From: Tubiluchus corallicola
Lineage: Eukaryota > Animalia > Priapulida
Assembly: GCA_030141605.1 (NCBI GenBank)
Contig: JAQGDQ010000043.1
Coordinates: 868,001 to 932,000, forward strand
Direction of reading: 5' to 3'
Length of the DNA: 64,000 nucleotides
Of the stretch, positions 50,001 through 63,834 are shown piece after piece. Each line of letters starts with the position of its first letter. The first letter of the stretch is position 1. The translations under genes were made by a program, and so were the position numbers. Under the pieces are notes generated by a model. The model worked only from the letters and a program-made list of their open reading frames with translations. It searched no databases and was not told where the DNA came from.

Positions 50001-53000
50001 AGAAAGGGAGAAGAGCTGAAATTGCTTTGTTTCCCAGAATATGGAACTCCTTGGCAGCAGTCAACCAAAAACTGTCCAAAGGTAGATCAGCAAAGCTCAG
50101 GTTTAGACCACGATTTTGTCTAAGTTCAGTTATTTTTTGTTTGGTGTTTTGATTTGGCCATGAGTTCAGCAACTTGGTAGCTAGTTTTCAGAGCTTTTTT
50201 ACCCGTCTTGGCGGTTTTCCTCAATAACGCTGCCTGTTTCTCAGTCCGTTCACGCAGCTGAACAGAATAGTCCGTATTCTTGTTTTGTGACTTGTCTCTA
50301 AATGGTGTTTGAGTTTACTTGAAACCATGGCACTGTTGGACAACTTTTCCTCGCACACCAGGCATAGTGGAGTTGACGTACTTAGTTCCCCGGGAAAGTA
50401 AATCCAAAGGCAAGATAACTTTCAGTGTATTGTCTTGAGCTCACCTTTTTTGCTTTCTTCTGACCAGTACTCATGCTAGGGCCTTCATCTGGGCCGGAAT
50501 TTTCTTCAGAACTCAGGTCAGATTGAGTACTTTTTCTTTTCAAATATTTATCCATCGCTATTAGCCGCCACTGTCTCACTCGCAGCATGACTATGCACTT
50601 CCGGCTGCCGGATATATCGCGCTGACACACTGCCCTCTTTTGGAAGAGCATTTAATTGTTCTGCCTGTCACTACGCACCGCTCATTTAGACTCTCGTACT
50701 CTAAATCTTAGAGTACCAATCAGGTGAAATTGGATAATCTTCCACGGCACACCTGATGATTTGTCACGACACACTTGTGTGCTGCGGAACAGTGGTTGGG
50801 AATCACTGAAGAATATTCAGGACTATAGACTATATATGAATATATAGAATATATTTTACAATATTCAGTTTCTAAGCTAACGTAAAATTGCAACATGTTT
50901 CCCTGTTTGATATTGGTAATTGAAGGCTATAATAAACTTTGGAAAAACGATTTATAGATTTTGGCCAGGGTACCTGACAATTGCAAAAAAACTGGGGAAA
51001 TGCAAAGAAGTCATGAAGATCTTGCTTCAGTTAGGAAACTTACTGCTGTTGAATGCTAAAATTCGCTATGGTAAGTTCCATACTTCTTTTGAAATGCCAT
51101 TTAAAATCACAAATCGATTTTGTGACGCACATCATGAACAACCGTGAACACATCTTGTCAAGATTTCTAAATAAGATCGCATTCAGAAACTGAACAACGA
51201 CATCAACAAAAAGAATGTATTCATTATTTTATTAAGGTAAATCAAAGAAAAACATTTTAAGGCAAATGCATCATTGCAACTTCACTGATTTTTTAATGTC
51301 TTCATGCATTTCAAGATCACCACTTTTGTAATGAGCTAGTTGTTTAGTAACTGTTGAGGGGGCATGTTAACCTCGAAACATTCTTCTTTTGTTCATGCAA
51401 ATGCAAGGGTGAATGCAATTTTTAATCTTTTTGTTGTATGTATTATAATTTATTTTTTTCACTTCAAGGTTATATACCTACCACTGATGAAAACTGGCGG
51501 GATTTGTTCTCACTAAAATCTCAACAGCTGCAGTCTAAGCCGTTTAATAGCACAGAAATTTTGTTCAACTCAGAAAGAACAGAACTTGTAAATGCAAAAG
51601 GAGTTTACTGTCTGAACTGTAAAGAACTGATACTGATTAGTGAAGAGATATTGTGTTGTGAAAATTCATGGCATAGTGAACGTTTATCAAACCGCAGATC
51701 CAAATCATTGCATCAGTCAGTATCTCTAACTGGAAAATCAGTGAACCCATGTCCCAGTGATGCTTGTTTTCAAGGAAGGCAGTTATGTTTTTCATGGAAT
51801 CATCTTGTAACACTTTGTGTCAAAGAAATTGGTGTAGTGAGAACATTGACAGTGTTGAAGGACATTGATATGCCATCCAGAATATTAGGCTCAGATTTTT
51901 TTCATTTGTGTTTGCAAGAGGTTGCTGTACACCAACAGCAAGGGTAAGTTCTTAATTTCGATCTTAGATGGATCTTACAATTTATTCTAGTGTCAATTGG
52001 CTGACATGCTTATTAGCATAATGAGCAAAATTCTAACTTTGTTTAACTATATCATTTTTTGAAAGTATCTTCTTAGTCCGTCTTCAGCATTCACCTATAA
52101 TCTGCCATAATCCCAGTAGTTTAGCCTCCTCCGGAAAAAATTCTGCTGGGATTTGTAGTTGGGCTTTATTTCCTTAGTGTTAATATATAGTGCAGTATTG
52201 TGTACTGTGTATTGATGAATTTGTGCATCATCTATTTGTTTTTTCCAGTCCTTTGGTTTGCAAATTACTAGAAGAACTAAGTGAACAACTCTGGGTGATT
52301 CCATCAAATAGCAGTTTTGGTTCTCTTCTTGTAAATATTCTTGATTTTATCTTTTCATGTCATATTAAATATTTGCAGACTTTTTTACAAGAATTATTTT
52401 TTGTACATGACTGTGAGATTTTTTTTGCGAATACTTACAGAAATATGGTGCATTTTCGGAGTTAGTTTATATGAATTAGATTTTTATATACATCATTTAT
52501 ATTGTTAACGAATTAGTTCAGTTCACACGTCTTGCAAATATTATGTTTGTTACCTGTATTTTCTCATGCTGATTACTTTCTAATTTGTTGGAGTTGCCAA
52601 ATAAGAAATGCTGTGCTGAGTGAGTAGTTAATTCATGTGAACTGTGTACTAATGCAACTTTGTGTTTTATAGTTGATGCAAACGTCAGAGGTGTCATGTC
52701 ACACCGCAGGAGGAATTGGTGTTAAAACTAACATAAGTCAACCATGTCATGTGTGTTTCCTCTCTTTGTCTCATGGTAGGAGCAGCAGCATCTTTTTCAG
52801 CTGTGGTGAGTACAGTTTTAATGGCTGTATTGCTTTCATGAGCAGTTTAAATAAAGATGAAGATGACTGACTGAAAATTTAAGTTTTGAAGATGTGTTCT
52901 TGATGTCTTATTTCCTATGCACGTGCAATAAGCTTTTTCACAGTTCCAATGGCTGATGGTGATCATGGAAGGGTAAAAGGTTAAATGTATCAGACAGTAC

Positions 53001-53932
53001 GTTTGTGTACACTTGACAATGCCGCACAGACCATGCTATTGTAATAGTAACAGTTTTAACAGCTATCTAGAACCTTACCTAGTTCATTTTTCCTTGTTCC
53101 AAGCAAGATCCTGCTAATGAATCACTGTACACACAGACTAATGCATAATTAAGTAAATAGTCCATGTAAAACAACTGAAGCGGCAGATGGCTTTGTTTTA
53201 CCCACATGTCACATGACTGTTGTAGTTAAGATGCTTTGCTGTGGTGCACTTAATTTTTGACCTATAGCAAATGCGCATAGCAAAACTATGAAAAGGCTTA
53301 TTCTTAATCGTCCATATTTATTTAACGTCTGTGTTACTACTACTGCCAGTTGGTTAACCAGAAATTGTTAACTATGCGAATGCTAAATTAAATTATCAAC
53401 TTTTTAATTACTTCCATTGCTTGGATGTTGATCTGTAGTCTAAAATATGCATTTTAGCTACATATATTTACCTATTATAATTGCCTACATAGTTCTAATA
53501 TTTAACAGTTTTTTAATTATTAGTTAATTTCTGTTTAATTAATATTATTTCCTTATACCAGCTGGTACGCAACTAATTAATTCAACGCCTGTTATTCTTG
53601 CCGGTTAGAGGTAAACATTCTCTTTTAATGTATACTTTTTAAACTTAGACAAACTTATATAGTTTTATGATGTGTGTGTGTTTTAAATTAGCACACATGG
53701 TACAATAATTAATATAAAGCTTTAAAAAAATTACTGGTTAAGATTAGTTAAAGGGGATATGGAGGATATGGAATGAGGAATTACTAAAAAAACAACAATA
53801 GAATTAAAAATTATACACAAGCTATATTCTTTGCAGCACTTGAGACTTTCATGATTTTTTGTTTTAGGTCATGGATTTCACCAGAGCTGTCTTCCTGATG
53901 GATTTTATTGCCAAGTGTGCATTGAGCATTGA
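35378..53932 (+). CDS. HPS5: BLOC-2 complex subunit HPS5 (Hermansky-Pudlak syndrome 5 homolog) with C-terminal RING-H2, about 1491 aa
   Basis: 18 exons: 35378-35479, 36206-36316, 37060-37121, 37636-37822, 38248-38378, 38743-38949, 41689-41858, 42468-43561, 44749-44887, 45284-45410, 46128-47024, 47669-47830, 48493-48711, 50958-51070, 51469-51943, 52249-52330, 52673-52805, 53868-53932 (4476 nt, frame-consistent). WD40 N-terminus with [25 protein letters not shown] and [28 protein letters not shown]; later CGMPLP and GFWPGYL. Confidence 0.9.
39062..40599. mobile_element. TTAA-flanked Kolobok-like non-autonomous element
   Basis: TTAA|AGGAAGAATAAAGCCAC ... GTGCCTTTATTTTCACT|TTAA, a 17-bp imperfect TIR. 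Confidence 0.6.
40975..41030. repeat. (ATG)n/(ATA)n microsatellite
   Basis: About 13 ATG units followed by ATA units. Confidence 0.95.
43872..44483. mobile_element. piggyBac-like MITE
   Basis: TTAA|CCCTTTCACTAC ... GTTGTGAAAAGG|TTAA, with duplicated CGGCAGT..GCCTTC subterminal motifs. Confidence 0.7.
48812..48887. mobile_element. Small pogo-like MITE remnant
   Basis: TACAGTATAACATC...TATAACCGAGGTACTCTGTA, TA-flanked CAG...CTG ends. Confidence 0.4.
49741..50808 (-). mobile_element. Internally deleted hAT-Charlie/Buster transposon with transposase remnants
   Basis: TIRs CAGTGTTTCATAACC / GGTTGGGAATCACTG. Minus-strand BED-finger N-terminus (MDKYLKRK...[35 protein letters not shown]) is joined to the hATC end (FWLTAAKEF...[15 protein letters not shown]). 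The TSD is not preserved. Confidence 0.9.
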
Positions 53933-55766
53933 CCTTCGTAAGCTGTTTGAATGAAATGTTGATGTTACCTGACATTCATTGTAGGTGTGCCGATTATAAA
54001 CGACAAATTGATATCCACAAACTTGGCTAACATGCAAGTTTTACAACTACTAATTAATCAGGAGCTGCAGTCATCTAAGAAAGCAGTTAAAAAGTAATTT
54101 TCTTATTTTTTAGTATAGCTATTGCCGCGTAGATTAATTATACTTTATTTCTGAAATTCAATGCTACTTATGTTTGCAGGTCTATAGTAAACATAAAAAT
54201 ATGATATTTATATATAAAACTGCAATAAGTATTTTATAAATATATAGTTATTTATATTATTCTATTTTTTAATGATATTATAAATATAGGTATGTAGAAA
54301 TTAATTGATAGCTAAGTTGAGAGATCTTAAAACATTCTTTATGTTTTTTAACTTGAAAATAATTGACATAATACACTTTTATGGAACAAAATTGTGTCAC
54401 TTTAGTTTTGGATTAAGACTGTGACTTGGACAGTGATGTGATGGAATTTATACACCAGAATTCCACAACATAGGTCCTCCACTTGGTGCCCTCAAAGCAG
54501 CTGTCATAGGTTGAATTATAAAACTAACACTGAGCCACTTGATTTCGTATGAAGAGTTAGTCATTGCTCTACTAATTAACTAGACAGAGTATTATTCTAT
54601 ACCCCTCGTCCACGTGGCTTAAGGAATAAACATACACACTTTAAGGTATAGTTTTATATAAAAATTTTAAAAAGTGTAATATGAATGTAAGTATCCAACT
54701 TTTGTAATATATTAGGTCTTGAAATAATGTATTTAATAAACTTTTGTTTCTTTGTTTTTTAAATTCAAAACATTAAAACAATAATTACGTGCATACTTGC
54801 CATTGTGGGTTTTAATATGTGCAAGTACATATTTTTCTTTTTTGTATTTATTTTGCACATCATAAATGTAGACATAAACTCAAAAATAGCTTTCTGTTAT
54901 CATTTTGATACATACTAGATATTTTTTCAGCTCTGCACAATAGATGAGCTAGCTGATTAGCAGTGCTTCTATTTTTGCTTTCCGTACCATCAATTAAATT
55001 TAATTAGTTAGTTTATGTAGTTTTTTCTGTTTGCCATAACAAAATAATACCTAAATATGGTGAAATTATTTCAGACTTAAAAAGAAAAACATGCATGTAA
55101 ATAAGAAAGTTGATTTATGAGAGGAAGAAAAGTATGAAAAGTGAAAGGACATGAAGTTGTAACATAAAAATGAGAATAAAAAATTAGATTCACATGAGAA
55201 TGACATAATAATGTAATAAATATAAATAAATCAGCTTTTATTTACTGTGCACCTGTGTACACTGATAAAGGAAAAACATGTTCTTGCTTCCTGTCCCTCA
55301 CCAATAGCTACCAAGCAATATTAAGGAATTGCTTGTTGTTGCACTGTATTGTTTATGATCACAAACCTTAAAAACTAATGATTTATGAGCAGAGCATGAG
55401 AAACATTAGATCAAATTGTTTTTTGAATGTGTTTTTTTTCTGGTATATTTACATGCAATGTATTTATCACTTGTGACATACATCAAAAACATTAATTTAA
55501 TGTACTATAACATGTTACACATACATTAACAATTCAGTTTTCATGATATCTGCACCAACGTCTCTACAAAAGTACTTGGTGGTTATTACCTAAAATAGAA
55601 ATGGATTTTTTTCCATACTTTACTATGTAGATACTGTTACATTGAAACAGTTACTTAATACACTATATGTTTACATTTGACAATGTCTGAAGGTACTATC
55701 CTTTATTATGAGATCAACATTGAGAAGTTTTTCCTGACAACAAAATATGCAGTTATAAGCACTTTT

Positions 55767-58700
55767 CTAAACTGTTGTATTTTTGTTTTGCTGCCCTCTT
55801 TCTCTCAATTTTTGCATAATAACCTCTTTGTAACTATTAATGTTGTACACCATGTCCTCATTATATGGCTCAAAAGGTAGCACGTAACTCTCACGTTTGA
55901 AAAGACCTTTAGAGTTTTTCAACGAACATGCAAGTATTTCAGGTGACATGGTGATGTTGAGAAAATCGGCTATGCGCTGTACTTGATAACGTAGGTTAGT
56001 TTTTAAATCTGAGTAGAAAACAATCAGCATCTCCTTGTGGAATTTCAACCAGTCAGTGTGGAAATTGTACCAGCCTTCTGCATTTCGCTTGACAAATGAT
56101 GACCACACTGTAAGATATTAACAGAATTCTTAAGTAGAGTAATTAAACTAACGAATATGCATTTTTTTATGATTGAAACAGGATAAAAGCCTGGAGTAAT
56201 TACAGAGGTCAACAATAAATCTGCATTAAAGGCAGAAGTGAGTGATGAAAAATAATGTTACTAGTTTATCTATTTTTCCGTGATTATTAATAACTGCAGA
56301 ACAGATTTGTGACTAATGTGTGGCTGATTACAAAGAGTAAATTGAAAACATTTATTTGCAAATTTTTGATCGTTATTTGATTAGTTAAGTGTATAAACGC
56401 ACATCTTTGATCATGCGACCATTTCTTGTAACTATTAAGAAAAACCAGCGAGTTTTATGTCACTGGCATTCACTGCTCATTATTTTCTCTTTCTCTCTGC
56501 AGAAAATCCTAAAATGAGGCTAATTTTTTTCAAATAGAATTGGTTTAATAAATTCCTGGCGCTCATCAACTTTTGTATATAAACTGTGTTACTGCCAACA
56601 AGTGACCCTGCCGCTCAAAGATTTTTTCCTTCAAAACAATACTTAAGCGTTAGAAAATCGATCATATCTCGGATGGAAGATGGCAGTGACCTAAACTGAC
56701 CACCCCTCACGTCTGACCATCAGGGTCGGTATTAAGCCAATTTGACATTTCTTTAAATTGGGCCCAGTGCACACGCTCGAGCCGAGGACGCTGTGATGAA
56801 TTACGAAGTTTCTTGACACTGTGAACGTAGTGAAACTATTCAGTCCGACATCGTATATCTATGTTTCAATGTTGTTACTGATCGTCTGTCTATTTGTTTT
56901 GTAATTTCAGTTTATCGTCTGTTTTGGAAGGTACATGCTCAAACACTATGTCAGTAATTATATTGACTTGTAATAAAACATTAAACATTTTATACAGGTT
57001 TTCATTTTCTAGTACATAATCATTGTGGCTAATGGTTGAGCCTCTAGCCATCAACACTTTTTGGCTGGGACTGGTGTACTTCGTGAAGTGCATAATATCA
57101 ATCTTCAGTTTTGTAGGAAAGAGAGCCCTTCTAACAATTTTCTAATTGGGCCCCGAACTTCCTAGCACCAGCCCTGCTGATCATGCAAAATTTTTTTTAA
57201 AATTCACGCAGTTGTTTAGTCGTCCATAAAAATCAAATGGACAAACTCGGGTCAGATAATGTAAAACAACTGATATTTCAGTGCATATCAATTTTATAAA
57301 AATTGGGTGAGCAGCACTGGCTATATAACTACTGAAACACTGGTTATTTTAAAAATTACATAATAATTTTTACCATTCTGTTGATGAAATCTTTCGGTGC
57401 TTGCATGTCCTACATGCCCACCAAATTGACGATTAAATTCAGCTAACATTGCATCAAATGGATCTCGTACCAGTAGAATTGCTTTATCAAAAACTTTTCG
57501 CTTTTCGTCTCCCTGTTCGTGTGTTTTAATAGCGATGACAGAGGAGTTCTGAATCCCTTCAGCTGGGAATCCATATTTACGTAAACCTTGGTCCCTATAA
57601 ACACTTCCAGTGTATATGCCTGCAATACCAACAGCTCTAAGTTAGATAAGTTCTATCTCATCAACAATATTCAATGATTCTGAACATGTACTGCTATCCT
57701 TACGATACCATCGATACAAGATTTTTAAAGAAGTGTCAGTGGTCGATTTGTTAGATTAAATGTTTCTCTTTATATCTGTACATCTGCTAAGCCTTTTAAT
57801 GCCAAATTAGTACAATCATGTATGAGCATGGGAAAGTCTAATGATGTGAATGACTGCATGGAAAGTGACCTTTGGCCTTTAACTATGATGTGAATGACTG
57901 CATGGAGAGTGACCTTTGGCCTTTAACTATGATGTGAATGACTGCATGGAGAGTGACCTTTGTTCTTTAACTAAAGATGCATCCTAAAAAAGTTTTGAGG
58001 CTCTATTTGTGAGCTTCAAACTAAAATTACCATAGTTAGCATGTGACACTGTAAAAATACACCAGTATGTATCATGAAAGCTAATATAGTTGGGTTGCTT
58101 GACGCCTGACCTTAAATGAAAAATATAAAAGACCTGCTAAACATATTGGCTAAAGTTGCCAGTATGGTTTGAGTAAACAAATTGAAAATTGTCAGGAGTG
58201 AACAACAGTTGGAATGTCACTGAAGACAAAAATCTTTTAAAGTGGATTTATGTGTTTAACTATGTGCAGTTAGGACATTCTGGGCATTGTATTTTATCAT
58301 TTTGTAGCATACTTTTTAACAAGAAACGAATCAGGCATTTTGCCAATGTTATTTGTAGTAACTGGGCAATATCTATTTCAGTCCTTATAAGGAAGCTAGT
58401 TGTTATGAATAAATTTCGGAATCATTAATTTAGTAATTAATTAATGGAATTATCAACTTCATTAGATTATGTTGATAAAGCGGATACCTCCTCGATTTGA
58501 TTAGATAAATTTATTGATGGATTATGGTAACTCACTTAGCTGGTTAAAGCACGATATTTAATGCGAAGCAAATTATCTTCACAGAGGTGTTTGTGTTTAC
58601 TAGAAGTAGAACAGGTGTTCATTTAGAAAGTGAGAGCTTGTTGCAGGTGTTCGATTAGGAGAAGCGAAACTTGTTTTTATAACTTTATGTAAGTTAGATA

Positions 58701-61404
58701 AAAGCTCAATGTAATGTTATGTAGAGTTGCCTATAATTATTAAGAAGTAGTGAAGAGTGGATTTTTTTGGAAGAAAGGTTTATGGCCCAAGCCAAGCCGA
58801 GAGCAATCTTTGAGGGCTAGATGCTGCGAAGGACGAACGGGCAAGTAGTGGTTTTCTCCGAGCCAGCTGGATGGTTGTAAACTTACAAGCCAATGTATCA
58901 CCTTTGGCCTATTGCGACATATTACGGCTTTACCGCGAAAGTTACGAATGCTCAGTTTGGGTATATAAGCCCATGTCTTGAGAAACGTGTGGTTAGTCAG
59001 TGGTTAGTTAGTCGGTCGGAAGTCAGTCGTGAGTCAGTCGGGAGCAAGTTGGTTGCGAGTTAACCAAGTGCCAAGTCGAGGGAGAGAGAGAGGCTACTGG
59101 AATTCTGAGAAGAGCGAAGACAATGTTAGACCAGCGTGGACATCATTCTGCGTACTCAACTAATTGAGCACTGGATCTGCGATTTAGTCTTGCATCAGAA
59201 TTGGATTTGACCAATTGAACAGTCGTCGTATTGGTCATTCCACCGAGTTAATCTTAACATTTCGTAACTTGAGAGCAACTCTGCATAGTAATAGTTTACA
59301 GTGTAGTAAACACCTTAAGTGTAACATTCAGTTTGATTGTAATTGCATACTTCACATTGTAACTAGCACCTTAAGTGCGACGTAAGGAAATAGTTAAGTG
59401 AATCTATTTAGTGTCTCTTGGAGCTAAACATTATTTGTGAGCGTCTAGCGGCGACTCGGAACAAATCTTGTAATAACATTTAGCTAAGAGTAATTGTTGT
59501 AAAACAATAAAAGATTTCGCTTTAACTTAAATAACTAGTTCATGTATGCTTATAGGTGTTTCAGTTAAGCAACCTTAAATTTGATAACGAACCTGAGGAT
59601 TCGCTGTGTACTTATCATTAATTTAATTTATAAGTTCAATTGCGGGAACTAAGCTAGTAAGCTTTAGAGATAAAGACTTTAATCACAACGCGAAGTCGTA
59701 GAAACAGTCTAGTGGGACAAGATCATAGCCCTATAGACTAATCTTAAGCTGTAAGAGCCAGGTTATAAATAACCTTATAGCGATTAATGAAATAAGAAGC
59801 GAATCAACCTTTAAACAAGTCGTACGGTTCTATAAGTCACGTGCTATAAGATCACGAGATATAATAATTAAATCATTATCAGAGAGATTAATCATATACG
59901 ATAAATGGTACTTAGGATCAGGACTATAAAGAATCGGTCACGATATAACTGCCGTGCGATGGTAAGCAGTACAAAAATCATCAATTTATGACCAGACAGA
60001 ATGCAATGTTGATTAGCATCTTTCTTACATCTGTTTATCTTTTACTTTTGGACGTTCAGTCAATGCGCCCAACTCCGCATGTGCGCCGCAACTATGTGTG
60101 TTCCACTAGTGATCAATAATGCGCGAGCACTTCATAACGTTGTATTATAATGCTATGCGCGTTATAATGAGAGACGTGCTGTTCGTTAAATTATCCCTGG
60201 GTCCAAAACGTCTTGTACAGCGTTGCCATGACAACAAAGGGTTGCCGATTTATAGTACTGCGTCCTATTGCTGCGCAAATGTGAAGCAACTGGATTCAGG
60301 AAATTCATATACAAGTTGCAAATTATGCAATTTTATGTGCCTTTGTGAAAAGAGAACAGCAAATTAGGCCAATAACATTATCAAGCTTCATTGGTATCAA
60401 TAACATTGTACGTATTTATACCTGCAATTATTAATGTTATTCACACATGTATATGGAATAAAGGGGTTGCACGAACTATCATTATTTGTTGACATGTTTT
60501 GTTCAGAAAAAAGCTTTTAGCGCAACAAATGGTGTTATTTCAGCAGAACATATAATTATCAGAAATAAAAAGAAAACAAAACGATGCATTAGAAGGAAAA
60601 CTGTATTGCCAGATGTGACTGAAACACTATAATCATTAAGTACTGAAAAATCTAAATTTAATTGTATACGTGAAAAAGCGTAGTATAAAGTGAATGGAAA
60701 ATGACATTTATCTGGCAGATTGTTATTAAGACAAACTGTTTAAAATGTTGGCGATGTGTTAGTGAATGTAATATGAAAATGGAACAGTTAATTTGCAAAG
60801 CCAGTATCATAGCGTTGAACATACAAACATCCGTGCAACTGCAAACGGTATGATGCTTTGTATTAGTATAAAACTACCGCCAAATGTTATCAATGTATAA
60901 CAACTATCACAATCACAAAGTAACGCTAAAGTAGATATGATTAGAGTTACCTGAAATTTGTTGTACTAGGTGACGTACCCACGTGTTCCCACTTCCTGGA
61001 AAACTGGAAAGAGCCACAATGGGAAGCCTTTTTTCTGACAGTTTGAGTTTTTGGCAGTCAGGTAGTTTCCTCAGTCGCCACGTTATCTGCGGGTAAAAGG
61101 GCATTGCCGCCCCATTTTGACTGTTGAGTAGTCTCACACTACCCACCGATCCGCCTCCAATGTACTGTGACTTCTCCTCCTCTGTACTCAACTGGTGATA
61201 CGATGCTATACAGAATATTATGAAATACAACCACACAAAACCACAGAAGATGCAGATTGTACGTCTTCTGGCCTGACAGCAGATAGTGTAGAATGACAAC
61301 TCGTGCTCTGACTGGTGTTGAGTATGCTTGTACACTCCATACACACGATAATTAGTAATATCATCGCGATATCTCGATGAACATTGAACGGCTTGCTGCT
61401 GCAT
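55767..61404 (-). CDS. WSCD-family sulfotransferase (sialate O-sulfotransferase-like), no WSC domain, about 346 aa
   Basis: Exons 60951-61404, 57374-57619, 55767-56107. N-terminal TM anchor; 5'-PAPS loop [62 protein letters not shown]; GLFKR. Confidence 0.9.
56721..57176. mobile_element. hAT-family MITE
   Basis: TIRs CAGGGTCGGTATTA / TAGCACCAGCCCTG; 8-bp TSD CTGACCAT / CTGATCAT; subterminal AATTGGGCCC at both ends. Confidence 0.8.
57841..57972. repeat. 44-bp minisatellite, 3 copies
   Basis: Unit ATGATGTGAATGACTGCATGGA(A/G)AGTGACCTTTGGCCTTTAACT at 57841, 57885 and 57929. Confidence 0.95.
58401..60139 (+). mobile_element. Probable solo LTR (Gypsy or BEL type)
   Basis: Starts TGTTATGAA, with inverted TTCATAAC(G) at 60131; TATA box GGGTATATAAG near 58960 followed by AGTC repeats; AATAAA near 59506; CpG-richer, no ORF. 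No TSD found, so the ends are uncertain. Confidence 0.4.
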
Positions 61405-62069
61405 GCTATCATTATGCAACCTGTAAGACTACCATGCTACCTGCTTTGCTGTGTTGAGTGCAGAAGCCAGCGCACATAATCAAAACCGATTTTTCTCTTT
61501 CCGATTAAAGGGCTTCTTGGTTACTAATATTCATATTAGATGTTTATATTCTGCACCAACTGAAATAGTAATTTAGCTTTGTCTATACTGTCCCGAATGT
61601 GAATTTAAACAACTAACTTTAACAAGAAATTTGGGATAAATATTAAAAATAAATTTTGACAGTAAGGTAAATCTTATTACAGGATAAATCAATTTTAGCA
61701 TCCGTGCTCACTTCTGCGCAAAATAGCAGTGTAAATGTAAAAGATTTTTGTCAATACTGATGGAACTATCATCAGTTCCTAATCACATGAATGTACACAA
61801 CTTGGACAAACAAATTGGTCCTATCCATTTGTCATATGCACAAAGCTATTTTTTGGGGACTTTTCTATCTGGATTCCAAATAATGCATATTGTAAATTTT
61901 CACGCAAATTTGTTTATTTTGGTATAGGAAAATATAGTATACTTGAGTTAGTTGATAATTTTTAAACTGAGCTCAATAAACTAATCGAATTCAAAATTCG
62001 AAAAACATTCTGCTAAAATTACGGTACCGAAACAGTCCTAGCTGTAAAAATTTTGTACTACACATTAAT

Positions 62070-62372
62070 GGAAATAAGCTGTGTCGTCATGATGTATGCT
62101 TAGTGATCGAAATTAAGCAATGCCGAGCTTAGTCAGCTAATAGATTTGTAGCAGCAAGAAAACTGTTCTGGCTGATTGATCTCGGCACTCTTTGTATGAG
62201 TTTATCTCGTGAGTGACGATGAATACGAATTTAAACGTGGGCAGGGGGACCTCTCCTCGTCTTATTAGTCCATTTTTGATCTTGGTAATAAGATATGTTC
62301 CAGTCCCGCCTAGGTCTGGATCTGGGTCTATGTGTACAAGTAGCAGAACCTGCCACTGAGCTTTGCCAAGCC
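62070..62372 (-). mobile_element. Possible tRNA-derived SINE
   Basis: Minus-strand head GGCTTGGCAAAGCTCAGTGG (A-box-like) and a degenerate B-box AGATCCAGACC, in a GC-richer island. Confidence 0.3.
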
Positions 62373-63794
62373 ATAATAAAAAATGGTCACGCAACCATAT
62401 TAATTGTATTTTCAGGCCAACAACAAAGCAACTGCTATTCAACAGTCATTAGTTTTTTCTTATACTGTTAATCGTTACAACATGTATATATAGCATCTTA
62501 TTGATCATCACAGATAAACTGTAACCTAACACGTAGCTTTATAAACTACGCCATGATGGCTTACATTAATTAAAACATGTTTATTATTATTTTATAAACA
62601 AGTGGTGATAACCTGAACTTATCACACCTACCTGCATGCACATGTACATTATCATGATATTTTACTTGTATTACTAAACGTATTTTGTTTCTTCACTACT
62701 GCATACAGCAAACATCTTTGCTCATGGCTTCATCGCTGAGCAGCAGATGAATGCGGGTCGATGTCTCGCGTTATATAGACACAGATGGCGGGCTGCACTT
62801 TCCGATAAGCAGATTCTTTTTCACATTTTTATTATTGCCGCTGTGCGGGCTGCCCCGTTTGCAAATATTAAACGCTGTTCATAATTTTAAACACTGCCGC
62901 CTGAGTCTACATTACATGTATGGTTTCATTTTTGCTGTGTAGACATTTGCCGCTATTACGCGATATAGTTCTTGTATATGTTTTGTAATTATAATCGCAA
63001 AAACTCCCCAAATCTATAAAAGTAATAAAAATTGTACAATGTTCTCGAATAATTAGTAAATTTTACCCCAAACTATTATTTCCGCACAATTACAAAAACT
63101 GATACAAATAAAAATCACTAGAAAACTATAATAATGTAGAAGTTTACAGCAGGCTTATATTACAGACATTGCAACAAACATTTTGATTTTAGCAATTAGA
63201 AAAAGAAGTTTTATAGATGTTTCTATTTTAGGGAACGAAGGGATGGAAAGTCTTATATGTCACATGTCAAATCAAATTTTCAAGTAAAAACCAAGTATTT
63301 CCAAGTACGTCTGTCACTGAAACGTAAAGGAATTTACAGTAATTAAGGACTAATGTATATTTCTGCCAACTCGACCAATCATATAGGTGAGATTGGGTGT
63401 ACATGATGTACTGCATTTGGAAGAAGAGAGAAACAGTGGTAACGCATGGCAAAACAAACAGTTGTTACGATGACACTGATTAAACAATATCGGACCGGCG
63501 GATTTCAATTTATTAATTATTATTGAACTTTCGAGTTTCTTATAAATCATTCTATAGGGTTAGTAAATATTATGTTATTTAAATCAAACATTTACATCGC
63601 AATTTATATTGGTGTTTTTTAAATCATGGTTTTTTAATAATGCGAATTTTTCATTCGGAATGTGCCGGTTTACAACAAGAAAAATATAATGATTCGAAAA
63701 ATAAACCATCAATGGTACGACACTAGATCGAGACCTTTTGTTTGATGTATAGATCGCCGCAAATGGTGCCCTCGTCGGAGCTGTAGCCTCGAAT

Positions 63795-63797
<3 letters not shown>

Positions 63798-63828
<31 letters not shown>
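63798..63828. repeat. (TA)n microsatellite
   Basis: About 15 TA units. Confidence 0.95.

Positions 63829-63834
<6 letters not shown>

Noticed and set aside
56786-56888. C/D-box snoRNA-like motif (GTGATGA...CTGA with terminal stem)
   Set aside because: It sits inside a hAT MITE, antisense to the host intron, with no recognisable rRNA complement.
57841-57972. 44-bp repeats as CRISPR
   Set aside because: Head-to-tail copies with no spacers.
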